From positions 173,036 through 237,035 of the forward strand of contig CAKUUD010000002.1 of NCBI GenBank assembly GCA_934692675.1: DNA of 64,000 nt, in the 5' to 3' direction. This DNA is from an uncultured Eubacteriales bacterium (GTDB taxonomy: Bacteria; Bacillota; Clostridia; Oscillospirales; Acutalibacteraceae). Made by a program: the position numbers and the translations under genes. This document shows positions 41,934 through 51,876 of this stretch, piece by piece. The first letter of the stretch is position 1, and each line of letters opens with the position of its first letter. Under the pieces are notes generated by a model. The model had not been told where the DNA came from. It worked only from the letters and a program-made list of their open reading frames with translations, and made no database searches.

Positions 41934-42437
41934 TTAAAAATTTCCTGTCTTTTTTACTATATACTGATATCCCAAAGAATTTGCATGGCATATCGCAATA
42001 GCCAATGCGTCGGCAGTGTCATCAGGCTTGGGAATTTCTTTTAATCTTAATAATCTTTGAGTCATTAGCATTATTTGGGGCTTTTGAGCTTTGCCGTAAC
42101 CTGTTACTGCGGTTTTTACTTGCAGGGGAGTATACTCGTATATAGGAATTTTATATTTTTGTAGTGACAGCAGAATTATTCCGCGGGCTTGAGCTACATC
42201 AATTGCGGTTTTGTGATTATTTTGAAAATATAATTTTTCAATCGAAGCAACATCGGGTTTATATAATTTTATTATTTTTTCCAGTTCATCAAAGATTATT
42301 TCAAGCCTTTCAGAAAATGTATTTTTCGGGCTCGTTATTATGGCTCCGTAGTGCACAGGAGCATATTTTGCGTTTTTAAATTCTATAATACCATACCCAA
42401 GAGTAGCATACCCCGGGTCTATTCCCAAAATTACCAT
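41934..42437 (-). CDS. ruvC: Crossover junction endodeoxyribonuclease RuvC
   Basis: ILGIDPG N-terminus, RNase H-like acidic residues, 167 aa; ruvC-ruvA-ruvB order. Confidence 0.85.
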   Translation of the reverse strand: MVILGIDPGYATLGYGIIEFKNAKYAPVHYGAIITSPKNTFSERLEIIFDELEKIIKLYKPDVASIEKLYFQNNHKTAIDVAQARGIILLSLQKYKIPIYEYTPLQVKTAVTGYGKAQKPQIMLMTQRLLRLKEIPKPDDTADALAIAICHANSLGYQYIVKKTGNF

Positions 42438-42496
42438 TTAATCCACCTCTAACCAATAGATTATATCATGCTTAAAAAAATAAATAAATAATAATT

Positions 42497-44650
42497 TTAA
42501 AAGGTTTGAAATTGCTGTTTTAAGCGCTTTGAAAACGTGGTATATCTTAATTTAGACTTGTTAGTTTTCACAGCACTAATTACACATTCTTTGCGTCCTA
42601 TTAAAATACAAACCTTTTTTGCTCTGGTTATGGCGGTGTAAAGCAAATTTCTTTCCAGCATTATATGGTGGCTCTTGTCCATGGGAATGATTATTATAGG
42701 ATATTCTCCTCCTTGAGATTTATGAATTGTACAAGCGTATGCAAGTGCAAGTTCGTTAAGTTCGGAAATATTATATTTTACAATTTTTGAATCAAAATCC
42801 ACTTCCAGAAAATTTGCGGTTTTATTTATAGAAGATATTATACCCATATCTCCGTTAAAAATATCTTTATCATAATTATTCTTTATTTGCATTACTTTGT
42901 CTTTGAGTTTGTATTCTACAGCATTGTACGTAAGGCTTAGGCTGTTTTTATTAACAGATTCCTGCAAAATTCGATTTAAATTGTCAGTGCCTAAAATTCC
43001 TTTTTTCATGGGACTGAGGACTTGAATATCGGTAACTGGATTGACTTTGTAATAATTTGGGAGTCTTTTTGTGTACAATTCTATAATTGTGTCAGCGCAC
43101 TTTTGACTGTTATTATTTTCAATGAAAAAGAAATCAGAATCAGTTTTTATTTTTAAGTCCGGAATTTCTCCTTGATTTATTTTATGTGAATTTATTATAA
43201 TATCGCTGATTTTTGACTGCCTATATATTTTATTTAATTTTATAATTGGCACAGTTTGAGAATCTATGATATCATGCAAAATATTTCCGGGTCCGACCGA
43301 TGGCAATTGGTTGGCATCTCCTATTAATATTACTGTCATACTATCTGGAACTGCCTTAAAAAGATTGCACATTAATTTTATGTCTATCATCGATGCTTCG
43401 TCGACGATCAAAGCACTTCCTGCCAATTTGTTTAGACTGTTTTTACCAAATCTGCCGCCTTCTTGCGCTTCTAATAGTCTGTGAATGGTTTTGGCTTCTG
43501 ACTTTGAAATTTCTGATAATCTTTTAGCGGCCCTGCCTGTGGGAGCGGTTAGTATGATGCTTTTACCTCGATTTTTAAGTATGTTTATAATAGCTTCGGT
43601 GATGGTTGTTTTTCCGACGCCTGCTCCGCCCGTAATTACCGAGAAATTGGAAGATAAAACTGTATTTATAGCTTCTTTTTGAGAATCGTCGTAATTTATC
43701 CCTATATCTCTTTCGGTTTTATCGATTTCAGCTTCGTTTTCGTCTTTGCTGTACTTGAGAAAAACAGGGAAATCTATTATTGATTTGATTTTCTTGGCTA
43801 AAAAAATTTCGGAATTATAAAAAACGGGCAAATATATTTTGTCTTCTTCACGGATTATAATTTTTTCTTTTATAAGATTTTCGCAAACATCTTTAATTTT
43901 CTCGGCATCTACTTCCAAGATTTTCGAACATTTTTCAGCTAATTCTTCCGACGGAATGTAACAATGTCCTTCTGTAGCGGATAAAGATTCCAAAATATAG
44001 ATAATGCCTGCTTCACATCGTTTGTAAAAATCATTATCAAAATTTAAACTTTTTGCGATGCTGTCCGCGATTTTGAAATTAATTCCTTTTATGTCATAAA
44101 TAAGGTCATAGGGGTTATTTTTTATTTTGGAGATACTTTCTTCGCCATAGACTTTAAAAATTTTTTGAGCAATAGCTGTTCCTAATCCAGCTTTTTGCAA
44201 AAAAATCAATAAGTCCTTGGTGCCTTTTTGTTCGTTCCAGCTTTTTATTATTAGCTCTAGCTTTTTAGGGCCTATTTTTGGAACCGATAAAAGCTTTCTG
44301 GGTTCGTTTTCTATTACTTCAAAAATTCTATCGCCAAAAAATTTTACCATGGATTTTGCAAGACTCGGTCCCACACCTTTAAGCGTTCCACTTCCTAGAT
44401 ATATTTCCATTTCACGCTCAGTGGATGGTAAACCTATTTCACATTCAGTAACATTAAATTCCATTCCAAATTCTTTATTTAATTTCCAGTTTCCCGTGAG
44501 ATTCACAGTGCTCCCGATATTTATCTCAGGGAGGTAGCCAGAAATTGTTATGGCTTTTTTGTTTTCGCTAGAATATATTTTAGCTACCTTGAAATCATTG
44601 GTTTTGCTGGTGTAAATTACGCTTTCTATGATTCCGCTTATTTTTTCCAT
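42497..44650 (-). CDS. recD2: RecD2-like SF1B ATP-dependent DNA helicase
   Basis: 717 aa; HhH region, Walker A (GGAGVGKTT), helicase motifs (DEASMID, QLPSVGPGN, YACTIHKSQG). Confidence 0.85.
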   Translation of the reverse strand: MEKISGIIESVIYTSKTNDFKVAKIYSSENKKAITISGYLPEINIGSTVNLTGNWKLNKEFGMEFNVTECEIGLPSTEREMEIYLGSGTLKGVGPSLAKSMVKFFGDRIFEVIENEPRKLLSVPKIGPKKLELIIKSWNEQKGTKDLLIFLQKAGLGTAIAQKIFKVYGEESISKIKNNPYDLIYDIKGINFKIADSIAKSLNFDNDFYKRCEAGIIYILESLSATEGHCYIPSEELAEKCSKILEVDAEKIKDVCENLIKEKIIIREEDKIYLPVFYNSEIFLAKKIKSIIDFPVFLKYSKDENEAEIDKTERDIGINYDDSQKEAINTVLSSNFSVITGGAGVGKTTITEAIINILKNRGKSIILTAPTGRAAKRLSEISKSEAKTIHRLLEAQEGGRFGKNSLNKLAGSALIVDEASMIDIKLMCNLFKAVPDSMTVILIGDANQLPSVGPGNILHDIIDSQTVPIIKLNKIYRQSKISDIIINSHKINQGEIPDLKIKTDSDFFFIENNNSQKCADTIIELYTKRLPNYYKVNPVTDIQVLSPMKKGILGTDNLNRILQESVNKNSLSLTYNAVEYKLKDKVMQIKNNYDKDIFNGDMGIISSINKTANFLEVDFDSKIVKYNISELNELALAYACTIHKSQGGEYPIIIIPMDKSHHIMLERNLLYTAITRAKKVCILIGRKECVISAVKTNKSKLRYTTFSKRLKQQFQTF

Positions 44651-44830
44651 GAATAAACCGCCCTATAATATGTTTTTTCCAAATTATTTTATCACTGATT
44701 AATATAAATACCAACATTTTAATTACGTGATAAATAGCACTATCAATATGGTAATTGGAAGTTACTGTTGATTTTCTAATAAAATTGTGTTAAAATATAG
44801 CTTATGTTACTAATAAAAGGAGGAGTAAAA

Positions 44831-45514
44831 TTGCACGATGGACACAGAGATAGGTTAAGGAAGAAATTTGTTTTGGGCGGAATCGATGGCTGGCCACATC
44901 ATGAAGTGCTTGAATTGTTATTATTTTACGCAATCGCACGAAGAAATACGAATGACATAGCTCATCGATTAATCGAAAAGTTCGGAAGTTTTAACGGAGT
45001 ATTTGAAGCGCCACTTGCCGTCTTAAAAGATGTTGATGGAATAGGAGAATCCACTGCTATATTTTTGAAACTCATTTCAGCAGTTGCCAGGATTTATGCC
45101 GAGAGCCGTAACTCTTGCAACGATTCTACATCTTTGGAAAATCTTTACAATAGTATTGCATTAAAATTTATAGGCAGAACTGAAGAAGTGGTGGTTTTAA
45201 CGCTCCTGGACGCAAAAAGTAAAGTTCTTTTTAGCGATGTTATAAATAAAGGAAGTGTTAATTCTGTTGACCTTTATGTAAGGAAAATAATAGAACTCGT
45301 TGCCATGTATAATGCTTCTTCGGTAGTGTTAGCACATAATCATCCGAGTGGTGTGGCTGTGCCTTCTAAAGAAGATTTAATTTCGACGGAACATATCAAG
45401 AATCTTCTTCGCAATATGCATGTTAATTTGCTTGACCATTTAATTATTGCCGATAAGGATTATATTTCTATTCGTGAATCGCTTATGGCGTTTGATGAGG
45501 AACTCGAAGATTAA
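44831..45514 (+). CDS. radC: RadC-family JAB-domain protein
   Basis: JAMM motif HNHPSG; probable TTG start at 44831 after AAGGAGGAG (ORF-track ATG 44804 lacks an RBS). Confidence 0.8.
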   Translation: MHDGHRDRLRKKFVLGGIDGWPHHEVLELLLFYAIARRNTNDIAHRLIEKFGSFNGVFEAPLAVLKDVDGIGESTAIFLKLISAVARIYAESRNSCNDSTSLENLYNSIALKFIGRTEEVVVLTLLDAKSKVLFSDVINKGSVNSVDLYVRKIIELVAMYNASSVVLAHNHPSGVAVPSKEDLISTEHIKNLLRNMHVNLLDHLIIADKDYISIRESLMAFDEELED

Positions 45515-45580
45515 TTTATATACGGTATATAACGGGTTTATAAAAATTTTATAAAATATTTGTTATATTTGAAAATATGC

Positions 45581-45609
45581 TTGACTTTTTTGTACATAAT
45601 TGATAAAAT
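45581..45609 (+). promoter_or_regulatory. Sigma-A-like promoter TTGACT-17-TAAAAT (TG-extended) for TM2-domain gene
   Basis: Consensus-like hexamers about 40 nt upstream of the ATG at 45650, which is preceded by GGAGG. Confidence 0.45.
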
Positions 45610-45649
45610 TTTAACTGTAAAATATTATTTATGTGACGGAGGTATAATT

Positions 45650-45988
45650 ATGGATAATCAAAAGGTTGAGCAATTCTTGGCTGCTAACGGAAAATTTTTC
45701 CCAGCAGAAAAAATCCCTGCTATAAAACAAAGATTACTTGATGCTGATGAAAGCAAAGCTGCTGTTGTTGAATGTATAGGCTTTAAAGACCCAACGATGT
45801 TGCTTGTAATTTCGATTTTAGTGGGCGCTTTGGGCGTAGACAGATTTATGCTCGGAGATATCGGACTTGGAGTTGCAAAATTGTTAACAGCTGGGGGATG
45901 CGGAATTTGGAGCATCGTAGACTGGTGTATAATTACTAATAAAACCAAAGAATACAATTACAATGAACTAATGAAAAATCTCATATAG
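45650..45988 (+). CDS. TM2-domain membrane protein
   Basis: Two TM helices with LGxxGxDRF motif (GALGVDRFMLGD) characteristic of the TM2 domain; ORF-track start 45560 is an upstream extension across the promoter. Confidence 0.6.
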   Translation: MDNQKVEQFLAANGKFFPAEKIPAIKQRLLDADESKAAVVECIGFKDPTMLLVISILVGALGVDRFMLGDIGLGVAKLLTAGGCGIWSIVDWCIITNKTKEYNYNELMKNLI

Positions 45989-46087
45989 GATGTTGCACTC
46001 TTGTGAGTGTCAAATATTAAGTAAAATTTGCCAACTGTAAATTCAGGGGGCAAATTTTGTGTTTGTGCATAATTTACAAAAAGTCAC

Positions 46088-46114
46088 TTGACAATATATA
46101 TATATATATATAAT
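46088..46114 (+). promoter_or_regulatory. Promoter with (TA)9-10 dinucleotide repeat as -35/-10 spacer (TTGACA-(AT)n-TATAAT); candidate phase-variable switch
   Basis: TTGACA at 46088-46093, uninterrupted alternating AT tract 46094-46112, TATAAT readable at 46109-46114 giving a sub-optimal 15-nt spacer; one extra TA unit gives the 17-nt optimum; AGGAGG RBS and the ATG at 46172 follow. Confidence 0.5.
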
Positions 46115-46171
46115 GGATAGTGTAGTGGTCAAAGAATATAAAAATTTAACATAAATAGGAGGAATGATGAT

Positions 46172-48394
46172 ATGCCTGAGAAAATTAATTTTACAATGGA
46201 TCTTGAAGAATACGGTGATGTATTTGAAGCCAGTGTACCGTGGAAACATGATGATGGATATTATCTATGTATAGATAATTCAAATACATTTACCGCAAAC
46301 CAGTTGATAGCTAGTGTAAATAATAAAAAGTTACGTATTAGAAAGATAAAACCCAATGCTGCAAAAAATGAAAATTTCGAACCGACAAAATTTGATGGTG
46401 GCATTGACTGCAAAATCGTTTTAGGTACTGGATGGGGGATTTGTGATGTAGGTACTGTAAAGTTTAATGAAAATGGTGAGTCTATTGGTTTAGATGGAAA
46501 AGTGACAATGACCGTTTATGAAGATTATTTAAAAAATGTTGAGAAAGGTGAAATTGTAGCTTTTTTTGCTAACCCAAAATGGGTTTTTGTAGATACTACC
46601 ACCAGAATAGTGATTGGTGAAATTCTTCAAGGAAAAAAAGCTTTTAGTGGAGCTTGGCCAACGCCGGAAGTATTTTGTAAGAAATTAGTGGCAAAAAAAT
46701 TTAATGGAGATGCAGTCGAAGGTCAAATAAAATTTTATACAGATAATGGATTATATGTGGGGGATATTAAATTTTCTGAAAACGGCCAAGGCGTACAGCC
46801 AATAACTCCTGAAAACCTTGAATTAAATGAAGAAACGTTGAATGTTATAAATTTCAAAAAGGCGTTTTTAAGCGAATCATCAAAAAGCAAAAACAGTGAG
46901 TGGAATACCCTAACCAGCGTAAGTGCTATTTGTGAAAAAATACTTAAGGAACCAGATTTTACAACTAGATTGAAGAATCACTTAGGCTTGTATAACAAAT
47001 TTTTAAATGAGGATGGACTAAGTTATTTAAAAGATACTATGAAAATTGCTTTGCCTGAGGAGTACGAAGGAGAGGCGGCTTGCTTAGTATATTTGAATTT
47101 CTTGAATAATAATAAGAGCGATACTAATGAGAATGACGATCCGAATACTGTTTCCTTTGAAAGAGCATTTGACAATGTTTGGAGCGCATTTGATAATGGT
47201 GGTAATGGATACACTATAAGAATTAAAGGGGGAGACAGTGAGGTTGCTGCTTTTGATTATGTAATATATAAAATGATTCAAGATAAACTTATAAAAGTGT
47301 ATAAAATAAATGATCAAGGCGCTTTAATTAATCCAGGTGCCGGTAGTCATAAGTTCGAATTTGTTGAAACAGGTAAAGCCAAGTGTGGATTAACAATAGA
47401 AATTAATGACGAAGGTGAAGTAACTAAGTCAACTTGTACATCCGATAATGATGATGCGGGTTATAAAGCATTCTACGATAAAGCTAAATTAGTACTTGGA
47501 GAAGAAGAATTCAAAAAGCAAATAATAGATAGTTCTGGTAGTATGAACCCCATTGCTTCGGTCGATAAAATTGCAGAAATTCTAAAAAAGAAAGGATTGA
47601 ATCCTGAATCACGCAAATATGGCGATTTTGCAAATGCAATAGAAGAGTATATCAAAGATAAAGATAAAGAAACATTAGAAAATGCGAAAAACGAGGCTTT
47701 AAAAGATTTATACACTAGACTTGGCCAACAATTACCTAAAGGAATGACTATCGAAAAGTTTGATGCAACAGATTTCGCTAAAAAACTACTCGGTTCAAAA
47801 TTTATAACTCTATCCAAGGTTAAAAAGAAATTGAACAAATTAAACGGAGATAAAGAGAAACAGATTGAGTTACTTACCAGATTGCTAATGCGCATGAAAA
47901 GGAAAAAAGACTTTGAAAAGGAACACAAATTTGGTAAAATTCGCTATGCTCTTGGGGAAAGAGAAAAAACCGATCCCAAAATAAAAAAATGTTTTGAGGC
48001 CGCAGGCAAATATATTGTGAAAAATTATGATAAAATGACAGAAAGTACTTTAAGCAGTACATGCACAAATTTGCAAAATATTTTTAAAGATTTGGATAAA
48101 AAAGAACCATGGGCAGATAATCTGTGTGGAAATTTAAAAATGGAAATAGTAAGAAAATGTTGGATAGCACGTAATTATGAAGGCCCACGCAAAGCAATAA
48201 TGGGCATTATATTTGCAAGTATGGCGGGTATAAATGACCCTAAAGATCTTATTTGCGCGTGCGATGCTCTTAAAAAAGGTGGAATAAAGAATTCAGACCA
48301 AAAAACATTTCTTGGTCAGGCTTCTCAAATCCGTAAATCAATCAAAGCTTTATGCGGCCGTGATGGTACAACTATGCCACTCGAAAAGCTGTGA
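46172..48394 (+). CDS. Hypothetical 740-aa Lys/Glu-rich protein, no signal peptide, no recognised domain
   Basis: Long uninterrupted ORF with strong RBS; no Walker, nuclease or other motif recognised by eye. Confidence 0.5.
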   Translation: MPEKINFTMDLEEYGDVFEASVPWKHDDGYYLCIDNSNTFTANQLIASVNNKKLRIRKIKPNAAKNENFEPTKFDGGIDCKIVLGTGWGICDVGTVKFNENGESIGLDGKVTMTVYEDYLKNVEKGEIVAFFANPKWVFVDTTTRIVIGEILQGKKAFSGAWPTPEVFCKKLVAKKFNGDAVEGQIKFYTDNGLYVGDIKFSENGQGVQPITPENLELNEETLNVINFKKAFLSESSKSKNSEWNTLTSVSAICEKILKEPDFTTRLKNHLGLYNKFLNEDGLSYLKDTMKIALPEEYEGEAACLVYLNFLNNNKSDTNENDDPNTVSFERAFDNVWSAFDNGGNGYTIRIKGGDSEVAAFDYVIYKMIQDKLIKVYKINDQGALINPGAGSHKFEFVETGKAKCGLTIEINDEGEVTKSTCTSDNDDAGYKAFYDKAKLVLGEEEFKKQIIDSSGSMNPIASVDKIAEILKKKGLNPESRKYGDFANAIEEYIKDKDKETLENAKNEALKDLYTRLGQQLPKGMTIEKFDATDFAKKLLGSKFITLSKVKKKLNKLNGDKEKQIELLTRLLMRMKRKKDFEKEHKFGKIRYALGEREKTDPKIKKCFEAAGKYIVKNYDKMTESTLSSTCTNLQNIFKDLDKKEPWADNLCGNLKMEIVRKCWIARNYEGPRKAIMGIIFASMAGINDPKDLICACDALKKGGIKNSDQKTFLGQASQIRKSIKALCGRDGTTMPLEKL

Positions 48395-48503
48395 TAAAAA
48401 AATTACTTGTTAATGATTATAATTTTATAGACAGGTCTTATTGCAATGAGTTATTCCCACCAGAACCAAAAACCAGTAAATAAAGTTTTGATATGACACA
48501 ATA

Positions 48504-48538
48504 AAAATGCACCTCTATTGAGGTGCATTATGTTTTTG
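48504..48538. terminator. Bidirectional intrinsic terminator between convergent genes
   Basis: AATGCACCTC-TATTG-AGGTGCATT stem-loop flanked by A-run/T-run. Confidence 0.7.
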
Positions 48539-48546
48539 GTTTATTT

Positions 48547-50286
48547 TTAATTAAGGGTCTTCTTTGATTTTTTCTTTACCGCTAAAAGTACAGTCAACGC
48601 AGCAAATCCCAAAGCAATCGGAAGAATATATCTTGCAATGTTATCTCCGGTTTTCGGAATGGATACTTGGTTTTTTCCGCCTATTTCTGCGCTGTTTGAG
48701 AGCTTGGTCGCTATGGCGTAGTTTGAAAAGCTTGATGTTTTAAATGTGAGCGTGTTTGTAGAAGCGTCATAAGTTGTAGGAATTACTTCATAGGTTCCGT
48801 CATGTTTTTCATGAACTAGCATTAGTTCATCGCCGACTATTCCTTTTTCGAGCTGTAAAGTTACAGTTGCTAGATCATTTAAATTATTTAGTGGATTTGA
48901 CCAAAAATCATCAGCTGTTCCTTTGTATAAAATTTGATCCAGATTAATTCCCAAATAGGATGAAATTTCGTATCCCGTTGAAATTTCTTTGAAATTAGCA
49001 ATTTGCTTTTCGGTTAAATCTGCATCTTTTACGGAAAGGAGCATCGAACCTGAATCAATTTCCGAGCCACTTAGTTTTATTGTTCCGGATTTTACTTTGT
49101 CGGATTCGGTTTTCACTTGGTCATCTACTTTTTCAAAAATTCCGCTTAAATGAACGTTTGTATCAGGCATTGTATATTCAAAAGTAGATTCATCTTTTCT
49201 TGCTACCAAGATTTCATCATTTATTTTTATGGAGATTAGTTGGTATCCGTAATGAGGCCTTAATTTAAAAATCACCTTTGAACCTGGTTTTACATCTGCC
49301 CAGCCATTATTTTTTTCAATGTCTTGACGTACATTTTTAAGTCCGATTGAATTTCCATCTGGGTCTTTAATATCCAGAATTTCGGCAGTACCGTTTTTTA
49401 ACAGTTCATTATCTTTAAGGCTTGTGTTATTATTTTTGTCCGATTCCCAGATTATGGTGCGAGAATTATTTTCGCTAGAAGGATCTTGGTTTTTTGTTAC
49501 AACTATTGTGTAACTTTCCGCAGGCTTTACCGAAAATTCAAGTATATCTTTAGTGCCTTCAGGGACGTTTATTTTCTGACCATTTACTGTTATGCTACCA
49601 ATGTAACCGTCGCCGAATGCTATTTGAATACTTATCAAATTGTAAATGTCGCCGCTGGCGTAGCCTTTTCCGGTCCCAGATATTTCCTTGGACTCATTCC
49701 CGACTCTTTCTCCGTTAAGACGTACCGTCATGCCAAAGCCATCGTAAGTTGCATTTATGGAAATATCGTCAGGGTATTCATGCGCCGGATTAGTGGGCTC
49801 TTTTACGAGTTCGATTTCTAAATTTTCACTGAATTGAGCCGGATCTAATTCAACATAAGGGTTTACACTTACGTCAAATTTAGTTTCACCTATATACAGA
49901 GTGTTATATGAAAGGTCTTCCACTCCCCAAATGTCATCGGGATCTTCTACAATAGTAGAACTTGTTGCCTTTAAATAATAATTTTCACTTTCTAGGTCAA
50001 TTTCCATGAATTGTTTTGTTATGTCTACATGTTTGTAATCTTCTGTCGGAGAATCAATTTTCTTAACAAGTTCTATGGTACCTTTTTGTGAACCTCCAGA
50101 ATAAACAATTTTTCCGTCGACTAATTCATTTTGCCCCTTGAAAAATAGTGTAGTTTTAGGTTCTGTCGCGCATACGTTTACTCTTAACATCGGTAGTACC
50201 AAATTTAATAATAAGCACAGTGCGCATAAAATAGTTTTAATTTTTTTCTTCTGCATTTTATCCCTTCTTTCTGCAACTTCTTGCAA
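48547..50286 (-). CDS. Sortase-anchored cell-surface protein (IPKTG sorting motif + TM + basic tail)
   Basis: N-terminal signal peptide; C-terminal SIPKTGDN...hydrophobic helix...KKKSKKTLN cell-wall sorting signal of the (S/P/I)PxTG Clostridial type. Confidence 0.7.
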   Translation of the reverse strand: MQEVAERRDKMQKKKIKTILCALCLLLNLVLPMLRVNVCATEPKTTLFFKGQNELVDGKIVYSGGSQKGTIELVKKIDSPTEDYKHVDITKQFMEIDLESENYYLKATSSTIVEDPDDIWGVEDLSYNTLYIGETKFDVSVNPYVELDPAQFSENLEIELVKEPTNPAHEYPDDISINATYDGFGMTVRLNGERVGNESKEISGTGKGYASGDIYNLISIQIAFGDGYIGSITVNGQKINVPEGTKDILEFSVKPAESYTIVVTKNQDPSSENNSRTIIWESDKNNNTSLKDNELLKNGTAEILDIKDPDGNSIGLKNVRQDIEKNNGWADVKPGSKVIFKLRPHYGYQLISIKINDEILVARKDESTFEYTMPDTNVHLSGIFEKVDDQVKTESDKVKSGTIKLSGSEIDSGSMLLSVKDADLTEKQIANFKEISTGYEISSYLGINLDQILYKGTADDFWSNPLNNLNDLATVTLQLEKGIVGDELMLVHEKHDGTYEVIPTTYDASTNTLTFKTSSFSNYAIATKLSNSAEIGGKNQVSIPKTGDNIARYILPIALGFAALTVLLAVKKKSKKTLN

Positions 50287-50484
50287 TCAAATTTTATCAC
50301 AATATGAAATGTTTTTGTGATATTTTATAATTTTTTAAAAAAAATTAGGATGATATTAATAAATAGCTATAAAATTTGTATGGTTAAAGCTTGGTTTACA
50401 ATAAAAAATTTAATTTAGAAATTACTTATAAATTTCTTTTTTGGTTCATATGATTGTACTATTAAGAATTAAAAGGAGCGATTT

Positions 50485-51852
50485 TTGATGATTAGTAAAA
50501 AAACAATTGGGTTACTTTCAGTCGCTTTAGCTATTCCTGCTTTTTCGAATGTGAATTTAAGTGCGATAGAGCTTGATTCTGATATGGGATACTATGAATC
50601 AGTAAAAAACGTATTGGAAGTAAATCAAAACTTGGAGGATTTGGAAAATAGTTTAAAACCTATTTTAAAAAATTTTTTTGATTCAAAAATAGAAGAATAT
50701 ATTAATTTTCTGGGCAGCAACCACGAAGACATCCAAGAGAATAAAAACTCTTTGATTGAGTGCATTGATTTTTATATAAAAAATTTTTCTCTCAGAGAAA
50801 GACATTTTGGGTACCCTGCAAATATGTGCAAAAGAACTGCATTGGTTAACATTTTCAGCTCCATTGAAAAGGAAGGATTTTTGGCTAATAACTGCGGAGA
50901 TGTAAACGAATCAGGAAATTATCGTATGGACTCAAAAGAAATTGAAAGAGATATTTTAAAGCTCTTTGCTGAGAAATTTGGAATACAGGATAATTATTGG
51001 GGATATATAACCTCAGGAGGCTCCGAAAGCAATGAATGGGGGATTAATGCTTCTTTTAAGAAAAATCCCGATGGAATACTTTATTTTTGCGAATCTGCTC
51101 ATTACAGTATATATAAAAATTCCGAATCACATAAAAGAAGAATTATCCCACAGACTTCTGAAGAGGATGAATCCATAAATTGCGAAGCTCTTTTTAAGCA
51201 AATAGAAAAAGATTACAGCCAGACAAAATCTCCGGCTAATATAATTCTTACTTGGGGCACTACCAAATATGGTTCTTGCGATGATGTTAAAAGAATAACA
51301 GATTTTCTTATAGAGAAGCACATTCCATATTATGTGCACGTAGACGCAGCACTATTCGGAGGCATTCCTAATAACCAAGTAGACGCTCCTGTTATTTCTG
51401 AGATTAAAAATCTTAATATAGATTCCATATCAACCAGCTTACATAAATATATTGGTGTTCCTACGGTTAAAAGCATTCTTTTGAGCACCAAAAAAGCATC
51501 CGGAGAACATATCGATTATATCGGTCAAACTGATAATACTACTTCAGGTTCAAGGGATATAATGCCGTTTTCTACAAGGCAACAAGTAATTGATATTTTA
51601 AATCATTCGGCTTCCGATGAATACAAGAAAAATATAGAATTTTTTGAAAAATGCCTTAAAGATAAAAGCGTTAATTTTGTAAGGAATGGAAAATCTAATA
51701 TTTTTGTTGTTGATGCACCTTCTGATGAAATCTGCAAAAAGTATCAACTATCTTGCTTTACCGATAAAGCAGGACATCAAAAATCTCATATAATAATTTT
51801 CCCGTATCAAAATCAGAATATAATAAAAGAATTAGCTGAAGAATTAAGTTAA
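50485..51852 (+). CDS. PLP-dependent group II decarboxylase of the histidine-decarboxylase family with N-terminal Sec signal peptide and about 100-aa extension
   Basis: Colinear similarity to Morganella-type HdcA blocks: HFGYP, WGYITSGGSESNEWG, LYFCESAHYS, HVDAALFG, catalytic S-x-HK (ISTSLHKYIG), TTSGSR; signal peptide MMISKKTIGLLSVALAIPAFSNVNLSA; strong RBS AAAGGAG. Confidence 0.75.
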   Translation: MMISKKTIGLLSVALAIPAFSNVNLSAIELDSDMGYYESVKNVLEVNQNLEDLENSLKPILKNFFDSKIEEYINFLGSNHEDIQENKNSLIECIDFYIKNFSLRERHFGYPANMCKRTALVNIFSSIEKEGFLANNCGDVNESGNYRMDSKEIERDILKLFAEKFGIQDNYWGYITSGGSESNEWGINASFKKNPDGILYFCESAHYSIYKNSESHKRRIIPQTSEEDESINCEALFKQIEKDYSQTKSPANIILTWGTTKYGSCDDVKRITDFLIEKHIPYYVHVDAALFGGIPNNQVDAPVISEIKNLNIDSISTSLHKYIGVPTVKSILLSTKKASGEHIDYIGQTDNTTSGSRDIMPFSTRQQVIDILNHSASDEYKKNIEFFEKCLKDKSVNFVRNGKSNIFVVDAPSDEICKKYQLSCFTDKAGHQKSHIIIFPYQNQNIIKELAEELS

Positions 51853-51876
51853 AAAATATATGAAGGAGAATATTAA

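Noticed and set aside
45560-45649. N-terminal extension of the TM2-domain ORF (start at 45560)
   Set aside because: The extension spans the predicted promoter and lacks an RBS. An in-frame ATG at 45650 with GGAGG upstream gives a typical 112-aa TM2 protein.
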